A stretch of DNA of 64,000 nt, taken from the NCBI GenBank assembly GCA_965219955.1, contig OZ244799.1, forward strand, positions 2,656,001 to 2,720,000, in the 5' to 3' direction. The position numbers and the translations under genes were made by a program. This document shows, in pieces, positions 57,427-64,000 of the stretch. The stretch comes from a bacterium (lineage in GTDB: Bacteria; UBA8248). The first letter of the stretch is position 1. Every line of letters begins with the position of its first letter. The notes under the pieces were generated by a model. That model had not been told where the DNA came from and did not search any database. It saw nothing but the letters and a program-made list of their open reading frames with translations.

Positions 57427-58566
57427 CTAGGTGAAGACGATGGCAATCTCGTCATCGCCCGCATCGCGGGCCAGGCGGAAGGGGGCGTCGTAGGTCAGCA
57501 AACCGTCGCGATCCGAAAAGCCCATATCCGCATACTGGCATTTGGGCGCGGTGATGGTGCAGATGTTCCCGGCCCTGTGGCCGACCTGCACTTTCAGGGG
57601 GAGCCTCGCGCCGTCTTCCCAATCGGCGAACACGTCGTCGGTGGCCTTGAGCACGGCCTCGGGGTCGAAGGAACCCGAGGGCGCGCGGCCCGTCACCATG
57701 GCGTTCAAGTGCCCGCCCGATATATTGGCGCTTTGGCGCAAGACCACCTCGTTGTTCATGGCGAAGCGGATGTTCGCCGCGTCGAAATGGAAGCCTCCGA
57801 ACGAAAAGCCGCTCATGAGAACGGGTTCGGGCGCCTGCGCGTCGTAGGACGCGCCGTCAGGGAGGGCTGCGTCGCTCACTTCGAAATCGGCCGCCTCGAA
57901 CTCCCAATCCACCGTGGGAACGCCGTCCAGGGGACAGTTGATGGAAAAACTCCCCATGCAGCCCAGATACATGACTTGTAAACCGTCGATGAACGCCGTC
58001 AGGCAGATCCTCGTATAGCCCGATTTATCGGAGACGGGCGCATAGGCGACGGAGGCGTCCTCGACGACGGTTTCCTTCATCGCGCACGCCTTGAACAGCA
58101 ATCCGTAATCCGGCGCGACGCCCGCTGCGCCCGAACCGCGCAACTCGGTGGTAAAGGAGATCTGCGCGGAGCGCTTTCCGGGAATCGAGGGAAATGGCGA
58201 GAGGCTCGCATCCTTCACCGCGCGCTCCAGCTGCTCCACGCTGATCTCGTGGGCGAAGTTGCCCGCCCGGAACAGTTCAGAAGCCCCGGCGGGCCTGTCC
58301 AGCAGATAGGCCGTGCCCGCAGCGGGGGCGGCGTCCCAGGCGTCGTCCACCGTGAGCGTCTCCGAGGCCGCGTCGAAACCGCTCACCTTTCTTCTTTGAC
58401 CGACGCCCATCCCCCGAATCGTGCGCAGCACCGAGCCGTTCCAGAAACCATCATCCTCTGAGAGCGCGGCGTCCACCAGGGTGGAAGCGTCTGCGGAGTC
58501 CGCCGCCAGTTCCTTTTCTTCCGTCGCGCCGATAGTCTGCCGATCCATCAAAATCGTATCGCCCAT
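57427..58566 (-). CDS. Phage major tail tube protein (siphovirus-type)
   Basis: ISFTTELRGSGAAGVAPDYGLLFKAC, GCMGSFSIN, VTGRAPSGSFDPEA, GNICTITAP..QY, DRDG, GDDEIAIVFT. Confidence 0.8.
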   Translation of the reverse strand: MGDTILMDRQTIGATEEKELAADSADASTLVDAALSEDDGFWNGSVLRTIRGMGVGQRRKVSGFDAASETLTVDDAWDAAPAAGTAYLLDRPAGASELFRAGNFAHEISVEQLERAVKDASLSPFPSIPGKRSAQISFTTELRGSGAAGVAPDYGLLFKACAMKETVVEDASVAYAPVSDKSGYTRICLTAFIDGLQVMYLGCMGSFSINCPLDGVPTVDWEFEAADFEVSDAALPDGASYDAQAPEPVLMSGFSFGGFHFDAANIRFAMNNEVVLRQSANISGGHLNAMVTGRAPSGSFDPEAVLKATDDVFADWEDGARLPLKVQVGHRAGNICTITAPKCQYADMGFSDRDGLLTYDAPFRLARDAGDDEIAIVFT

Positions 58567-58638
58567 ACCTGGTTCTCCTCCGTCTGTTTTTAGGGGCGAA
58601 GGCGCATCCTTCGCCGGATATTATTCTCTGCTCCCGAA

Positions 58639-59172
58639 TCAATCCCGCCGAATCCGCTCTATCGCCCGGAGCCTGATCTCGGCGTAATGGCAAAGCACGT
58701 TCCCGAACGTCCTCAGTTCAATCAGGTCCACCTGCGGAGGCTGAAGACGCTCCAGGGAGCGGACGCGCGGGGCGCCTGATTCATCGAGGAGGCGAAGGGC
58801 TTTATCGTCCCGGAAGCGGTCGCAAATCTCCTCGATCAGCTCCTGAAAGGCCGCCTCGCTGCCCGCCGCGTCCTCGGCGCTCATGATGCCGAACAGCAGG
58901 AACGTGTGGGTTCGCCTAGCGATGCCGGCGGGCGTGAAGCCGCCGGACGCATTCGAGCCGAGCGACGCGGCCTCCTCCCCTGCTCTCTCGCGCGTCAGCA
59001 CCCAGCCCCTGATCTGGGCGAGGCCGCCGCCCGCCTCCCACCGGAACAGGTCCAGGTATTTCCCCAGATCGGCCGACCAGCGCTGATAGGCGTGCACCCG
59101 CCCCGCCTCCGGCACGCTCGATATTTCCGCCAAAACGGCGTCGCCGATTTCCCTGTATCGTGATTTAGCCAC
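58639..59172 (-). CDS. Putative phage tail terminator/completion protein
   Basis: SSVPEAGRVHAYQRW, IRGW, FQELIEEICDRFR, FGNVLCHYAEIRL; position between neck gene and tail tube. Confidence 0.7.
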   Translation of the reverse strand: MAKSRYREIGDAVLAEISSVPEAGRVHAYQRWSADLGKYLDLFRWEAGGGLAQIRGWVLTRERAGEEAASLGSNASGGFTPAGIARRTHTFLLFGIMSAEDAAGSEAAFQELIEEICDRFRDDKALRLLDESGAPRVRSLERLQPPQVDLIELRTFGNVLCHYAEIRLRAIERIRRD

Positions 59173-59674
59173 CGACTCTCCTCGCTATCTCGTCAAGCAG
59201 TTCACGAATGCGCTTATCGACTCGACCCTGGTTTTCCTCCAAGGCGCGCGCGAACATGCGGCGTCCCGGTATTCCGCGCCGGGCGATCGCGCGGGCGACG
59301 AGGAAGGACACCCTCTCGACAGACTCATCGGGCGGCCCCGGTTTGTAGGCAACCCACCGGTACAGCGGCGTACCCTCCCTCCAGGGCGGCATTCCGCCGC
59401 CCGGCCGGCGTCCGAATTCCACGTACCCGGCGTATGGAACGCGCGAGGCGACCACGCCGCGCAACACGCCTGGGTTCTCTCCCTTGATTTCGGTGTAAAT
59501 ACCGCCCCTGAGGTTCCCGCTCACGCCGGCGGGCGTTCGCGTCATGACCTCGCGCCTGAGCATTCCGGTGATCCCGGCCATCGCCTCGCGCGCGAGGCGG
59601 AAAACCTCCGCTTGCTCCCGCGCGATCGGCGGCGCCTCCACAAGGGTTTCCAGCGTTGTATATCGACGACGCAC
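59165..59674 (-). CDS. Phage neck protein, HK97 gp10-like
   Basis: RTPAGVSGNLRGGI, PYAGYVEFGRRPG, VARAIARRGIPGRRMF. Confidence 0.82.
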   Translation of the reverse strand: MRRRYTTLETLVEAPPIAREQAEVFRLAREAMAGITGMLRREVMTRTPAGVSGNLRGGIYTEIKGENPGVLRGVVASRVPYAGYVEFGRRPGGGMPPWREGTPLYRWVAYKPGPPDESVERVSFLVARAIARRGIPGRRMFARALEENQGRVDKRIRELLDEIARRVGG

Positions 59675-59692
59675 CTTGACTCCCCTCCCGGC

Positions 59693-60403
59693 CTAGCGGT
59701 CTTTGGACGCGCCGTGCGTGAAGTACTCGCCGCGCGCCATGGAGAGGAGCGCGTCCCAATCGAGAGACGCGCCCGCCGGACCCGCCACTTCGCCCTCCTT
59801 GCGTCCGAGATGGTTCTGGTATTTGCGCTCGAGTTCCCGGCCCAGGCGCGTGTATTCTCCAGACTTGCTCTGGTAGTCCGCAGAATCCGCGGCGAGGGTC
59901 GGGGTCGAGGACTGGGCGAAGCGGCGGGCCAGGAGGTGACATCCCTCCGCGGCGGCCAGCCACGCCACGGCGGTCAGATCGTTTTCAGGAACGCTCGTGC
60001 GCGCATCGTCGGCCGTGTGCTTTCGCGTATAGAACAGGCGTAGCGTCCGGCCCATTTGAGGGACGAAATACACGAGTCGGAACTTCGCCGCCGGGGTCCC
60101 TTTCGCATAGATGATCCAGGCGCTCCTCCGTAAATAAGAGGGCTTTCTCTCCCCCTGGGGATATTCCACCTCCCGGATGAAGGAGAGGGAATCGTCCCAG
60201 TCTTCGGGCAGGGGAAAATCGAAGGTCTCGCTGTCACCCGCATAATCGGCGAACGAGACGAGCGGCCTGTCCCTGCTGTAGCGCGTGAGCGCGGCGTTAA
60301 CCAGATCGGCGTAGTCCGCCTCCTCGACACCGAACTCCCGGGGCAGCGCGCCCGCCTTCAACAAGACCTTCACTTCCTTGATGATCGTCTGCCTGCCGGC
60401 CAT
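59693..60403 (-). CDS. Putative phage head-tail adaptor protein
   Basis: ALTRYSRDRP, LPEDW, VEYPQG, AVAWLAAA, TLAADSADYQSKSGEY; position after capsid/decoration genes; GAGGAG SD. Confidence 0.7.
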   Translation of the reverse strand: MAGRQTIIKEVKVLLKAGALPREFGVEEADYADLVNAALTRYSRDRPLVSFADYAGDSETFDFPLPEDWDDSLSFIREVEYPQGERKPSYLRRSAWIIYAKGTPAAKFRLVYFVPQMGRTLRLFYTRKHTADDARTSVPENDLTAVAWLAAAEGCHLLARRFAQSSTPTLAADSADYQSKSGEYTRLGRELERKYQNHLGRKEGEVAGPAGASLDWDALLSMARGEYFTHGASKDR

Positions 60404-60444
60404 TTCTGCATTTCTCCTCTGTCTTACCGACTGATGCGGCGGCT

Positions 60445-60786
60445 CTAAGTCTTCAGCGTGAGCTTGGCCTCGAACGTGAACGAAGACTCCTCCCCGCCGA
60501 CGGCCCACACAAGCCTGAGCCAGGGGCCGATGTTCGCGAGCTTGACGAGGGTTTTCCCGGTCGAGGTGATTTCCGCGGATTCGGTATGGACGAAAACCGC
60601 TTCATCGTCCGCCGGCCCGGTCTGCACCTCGAAATCGAGCACCGGCGCGACGCCCGAGACCGCCGTCACGTCGATGAACAAGAGCGCCTCGGTGAAGCGG
60701 CTCACCTCGAACGCCGTGCTGCCTCCCTCGGCGACGCGGGCCGCGGGAGGAGCGAGGACTATGGTGTGGGTTCGCCTGTCGGACAT
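60445..60786 (-). CDS. Small beta-sandwich virion protein (capsid decoration/cement-like)
   Basis: 113 aa, beta-rich LFIDVTAVSGVAPVLDFEVQ...WLRLVWAVGG..SFTF; directly after the capsid gene; GAGGAG SD. Confidence 0.6.
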   Translation of the reverse strand: MSDRRTHTIVLAPPAARVAEGGSTAFEVSRFTEALLFIDVTAVSGVAPVLDFEVQTGPADDEAVFVHTESAEITSTGKTLVKLANIGPWLRLVWAVGGEESSFTFEAKLTLKT

Positions 60787-60818
60787 GGCTTCTCCTCTGA
60801 AGGGCAAACGCCGCGCGA

Positions 60819-62897
60819 CTACTCGGGCGCGCCGCGGTAGAAGCCGCGGAAATCCAGGACGGCGCCGCCGTAGACGTGCCTGATCTTGTAGCGAATCTTG
60901 TCCGCGCTGAACCCGCTGCCGGCCGAGGGGTTGTCCTCGATGAACAGTTCGGGCTCGCGCATGTCGTCCATGAAGCCGATCTCGATGGTGTCCATGAGGC
61001 TCGGGTCGGCGATCATGTACCAGTCGTTCGCTTCGGTGAGTTCCGGCACCCACAAGGGCTCGACCCCCAGGCGGCTGATGAAGCTCGGCTGGTTGGAGTT
61101 TCCGCCCTCGACGACCTTGACGGGCGACTGGGTGACGTCGAACGCCTCTTCGAGCAATTCGGTCGGGTGAATGAGATATTTGGGCCGCGCCTGCGCCGCC
61201 ACCTCGACGCCGTCTTCCCCGTAAAACGTCTGCTGGCCCATCGTCTTGACGCCGGCAATGACGTTGTCGTACGTGAGCTCGTTCGTGGAGGTGTTGTTGT
61301 GGTCGGCGTGGAACAGCGCGTCCCCGTCGTAGATGTCCGCGTTGGACGCCAGGAAATCGAACACGAAGCCGTTCAGGGTGCGCTGGGCCGCGCGGGCGAG
61401 GCGCTGGGGAATCATGCGGATCGCGCCCATGTCGTCGTTCTGGATCATCTCCCAGGTGAGGTCTTCCACGCCGCCGCGCTTGGCCACGGCGTACGTCACC
61501 TCCTCATCCGTCGGGGAGGCAAGCGCCGGGTAGGTGGCCTGTTCGGCGACCGTTTGCAGATCGCCGTAACCGCCGACGCGCACCCGGCGGTTGGTGCGGA
61601 AATCCTTGACGGGAACCACGGCCGAGACGATCTTCTTCCACTGGTGGAACCGCTCGTCCCTGAAATCGCCCAGCATGGCGCGGCGGATGGAATCCCCGAA
61701 CGCCTCGCCCCACGTGCTCGTCTGCAAGGAGGCGGAGAGTCGGCGCACCCCGTTCCAGTCCTCGGCGGCGCGGTGATAGTGGAACGTCTCGGCGAAGAAC
61801 TGGCGCGGGGTGAGGCGGTGGCCCGTGAAATCCTGAAACGCCTCGCTCATGAAGCGGTAGGGCCGCTCTCCGTCTACCGCCTCGTCGCGCGAACTCCAAA
61901 GCCCGTCCAGAGCCGCCCGCTTGCGGTCCGCCTCGTCGCGCATCACCTCGGCACTCGCGCCGAAACCACGGAGCGCTCCGCTCGCCGTGAGTTTTTCCAG
62001 CGTGGCCGCCTCGACCCGGATCGCCTCCTCGATTTCCTCCTCCGTGAAGCTCCCGTCCCTGAACCGGTCGCGGACCTTCTCCTGAACGGCTTCGGGAAGT
62101 GCCGAGGCCGCGAGTTTCCGGGCGAGCATTCCGCGCGCAGCAGCCCCGGCTTCCGTTCCATCCTCCACGGATTCTTCTCCTTTTTTCTTCAGGTCCAGCT
62201 CGAGGCCTGCATCCTCACAGGCAGCGAGGAACTGTTGCGGCGTCCACGCGTCGCCGAGCTTCTTGCCCGATTCGGGCGCCACGCTTTTGAGTTTTTTCCC
62301 GAGTTTTTCGAACATCTTCACCTCCGATTGAATGGAATGAGTGGCGGCGAGACCCAGAATCCCGCCCCCGAGCTTGCCTTTGTGCACGACGTCGACGGAG
62401 TGAACCGCCAGAATCTTTTCGAAATGCAATACGAGCCCGTCGGCCTCTTCGCGGAACTCCGCCTGCGCGAGCACGTCGAAGGAAAAGCCGAAAGGCTCAT
62501 CGAGGCCCCGGGCCAGCGCATCGTGCGCCAGCGCCTGGAACCAGGCCGCTGAGCGCGAAACCGCAAACGTGCTCAAAAGCCCCTCCTCGCCCATGCGGAC
62601 CTCGCGGTGCCAGCCGACCAGGTTCCTGATGTCGGGGCCGCTCGAGGCGGCGTGGTTCGCAAACGCCTGCGCGCCCTCGAACAGGGGAGCGGCCTCGCGC
62701 AGCACGTCGCGGGGCAGGAACCACTCCCCGTCCCTCGAGTAGCCGGCCTTTGCGATCAGCACGTCGAAATCCCAGGCTTCGTCCGGCGGCTGCGCCTCTT
62801 TCGCCACCGCGCGGATGAGGTGGCCATGCAGCCTGAGAGGGTGAGAATCCTTCTGCGCCTCCGCGCGCGCCCAAATGCGGTTCATCCATTTTTTCAA
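60819..62897 (-). CDS. Prohead protease-scaffold-major capsid fusion (HK97 fold, Mu gpT-like capsid domain)
   Basis: N-terminal AGYS..G...VLREAAPLFEG...NH...GFSFD...SVDVV protease-like region; charged helical middle; capsid motifs VKDFR, GGYGDL..VAE, LTWEMIQNDD, LARAAQRT, DGDALFHADHNN, WYMIADP, IRYKIRHVYGG..LDFRGFY. Confidence 0.88.
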   Translation of the reverse strand: MKKWMNRIWARAEAQKDSHPLRLHGHLIRAVAKEAQPPDEAWDFDVLIAKAGYSRDGEWFLPRDVLREAAPLFEGAQAFANHAASSGPDIRNLVGWHREVRMGEEGLLSTFAVSRSAAWFQALAHDALARGLDEPFGFSFDVLAQAEFREEADGLVLHFEKILAVHSVDVVHKGKLGGGILGLAATHSIQSEVKMFEKLGKKLKSVAPESGKKLGDAWTPQQFLAACEDAGLELDLKKKGEESVEDGTEAGAAARGMLARKLAASALPEAVQEKVRDRFRDGSFTEEEIEEAIRVEAATLEKLTASGALRGFGASAEVMRDEADRKRAALDGLWSSRDEAVDGERPYRFMSEAFQDFTGHRLTPRQFFAETFHYHRAAEDWNGVRRLSASLQTSTWGEAFGDSIRRAMLGDFRDERFHQWKKIVSAVVPVKDFRTNRRVRVGGYGDLQTVAEQATYPALASPTDEEVTYAVAKRGGVEDLTWEMIQNDDMGAIRMIPQRLARAAQRTLNGFVFDFLASNADIYDGDALFHADHNNTSTNELTYDNVIAGVKTMGQQTFYGEDGVEVAAQARPKYLIHPTELLEEAFDVTQSPVKVVEGGNSNQPSFISRLGVEPLWVPELTEANDWYMIADPSLMDTIEIGFMDDMREPELFIEDNPSAGSGFSADKIRYKIRHVYGGAVLDFRGFYRGAPE

Positions 62898-63019
62898 GGG
62901 AAACTCCTTTCTCGCTGGCCTTCCAGAAATCCGGCTTCCGGCGATGCGCCGGAGACCGCCGCCCGGAAAAAAAGTAGCGGGCGCAACGGCGACAAACTAG
63001 CGCAAGGAGTCTCGAAGGC

Positions 63020-63140
63020 GGGCCGCGCAAATGCGGGGAAATGCGCATTTGAAGCCTTTTTTTGCGGAATTTTGAATTTGCTAATTGAAAAATTTAAGAA
63101 AATGCGGTAAATTACGGAAAATTCTGGAGTTGCGGACAAT
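63020..63140. promoter_or_regulatory. AT-rich divergent regulatory region between the virion operon and cdaA
   Basis: A/T tracts and repeated TGCGG-like motifs at 63032, 63042, 63063, 63103, 63113, 63123, 63131. Confidence 0.45.
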
Positions 63141-63255
63141 GTGGGTGGTCCCGGCGTCTACCAATTCTGGATACTTCGCCCGCCACTCAGGAATTACCAG
63201 GATTCGCCGAGCAGCCAAGACCGCCCCTTGAACAAGACGGACGAGGTTTGATCTC

Positions 63256-64000
63256 ATGTGGGGCGTCGCTCAACCGGCCTTGAATTTCTTCCAGAAACTC
63301 TCCTGGAACCATATGCTCGACATCGGGATCATGTGGTTCCTGCTCTATCAGGTCTACATACGCTTCAGGGGCACCCAGGCGATGCGCCTCCTCGTGCGCG
63401 TGTTCGCGGTGTGGCTCATCTATCTCGCCTCCCAGGCCGCGGGTCTGCACCTGACTTCTTTCCTGCTATGGGCCATCTGGATAGCCGTGCTCATCCTGTT
63501 TCTCATCAATTTCCACGGCGAGATCCAGAAGATATTCTTCCAGCTCAACCCGGTGCGCAGAATCTCCATCCTGCTGCGCCGGGCGATGCGCATCCGCCTG
63601 CCGGACGAGAGCGTCGCCACCATCGCCGGCGCCGCCTTTTCGCTCGCGGCGAAGCACATGGGCGCCATCATCGTCGTGGAGCACCGGGATGTGACCGATT
63701 CACTGCTGAGAAGTCCGGGCGAAGAGATCGAGGCGGACATTCAGCCGGCGCTGCTGGAAACCATCTTCTTCAAGGGGTCGCCCTACCATGACGGCGCCGC
63801 CGTGGTTCGCGAGAACAAGGTCTCGCGCGCGGGATGCGTTTTGCCCCTTTCCGAGAACCACGCTCTGCCGCCCGAGTTCGGCACGCGCCACAGGGCGGCG
63901 GTCGGCATCACGGAGCGCTGCGACGCCCTGGCAATCGTCATCTCCGAGGAACGCGGAGAGATCACCTGCGTGGAAGGCGGCAACGCAAAGGCGATCCAGG
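63256..64000 (+). CDS. cdaA: Diadenylate cyclase (CdaA/DacA-type, N-terminal TM helices), truncated by the window end
   Basis: Manual translation from ATG 63256: LDIGIMWFLLYQVY..FRGTQA, GAIIVVE, SPYHDGA, GCVLPLS, GTRHRAAVGITE, VISEERG (DGA and RHR catalytic motifs); absent from the ORF track because it has no stop in the window. Confidence 0.92.
   Translation, partial: MWGVAQPALNFFQKLSWNHMLDIGIMWFLLYQVYIRFRGTQAMRLLVRVFAVWLIYLASQAAGLHLTSFLLWAIWIAVLILFLINFHGEIQKIFFQLNPVRRISILLRRAMRIRLPDESVATIAGAAFSLAAKHMGAIIVVEHRDVTDSLLRSPGEEIEADIQPALLETIFFKGSPYHDGAAVVRENKVSRAGCVLPLSENHALPPEFGTRHRAAVGITERCDALAIVISEERGEITCVEGGNAKAIQ

Noticed and set aside
59631-59640. GGCGCCTCCA matching the tRNA-Cys 3' end as a possible attR
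   Set aside because: Only 10 bp, GC-rich, inside a coding sequence, and the interval holds core metabolic genes; expected by chance
56414-62897. Complete inducible prophage, tailocin or encapsulin
   Set aside because: No integrase, att sites, replication, terminase, portal, tape measure or lysis genes. A capsid gene and no sheath argue against a tailocin; neck and tail genes argue against an encapsulin. A decayed prophage remnant is not fully excluded.

Overview
A GC-rich bacterial chromosomal window that is mostly metabolic. It holds a creatininase-family gene, a FitAB/VapBC toxin-antitoxin pair, a DUF1302-DUF1329-YCF48/BNR-RND envelope operon, a carbohydrate-type ABC importer, three LLM-class oxidoreductases, a leuC/leuD-like dehydratase, hemE-hemH-hemY, tRNA-Cys followed by an AT-rich Sel1-repeat islet, glgX-glgB, a sulfite-oxidase-family molybdoenzyme, a one-operon F420 biosynthesis pathway and the start of a diadenylate cyclase. 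The gene content (F420, many LLMs, Sel1 repeats) loosely suggests a Nitrospinota/Tectomicrobia-like organism, but that is inference only. Main candidate for an undescribed system: an intact, host-like phage head/neck/tail-tube operon (56414-62897) between housekeeping genes. It has no terminase, portal, tape measure, integrase, replication or lysis genes, so it may be a domesticated GTA-like module. Other highlights: (i) nested non-autonomous TIR elements (GGCTGTTGAAAAA ends) that insert into palindrome centres with 4-5 bp target duplications; (ii) a 27-bp direct repeat bracketing the sulfite oxidase gene; (iii) an apparently obligatory CTG start for cofG; (iv) an N-terminal four-Cys motif in the ferrochelatase; (v) an amidase with a fused GatC-like tail. 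Product calls come from motif recognition, not database searches. Start codons were adjusted by hand where a Shine-Dalgarno (SD) sequence or gene overlap supported it.
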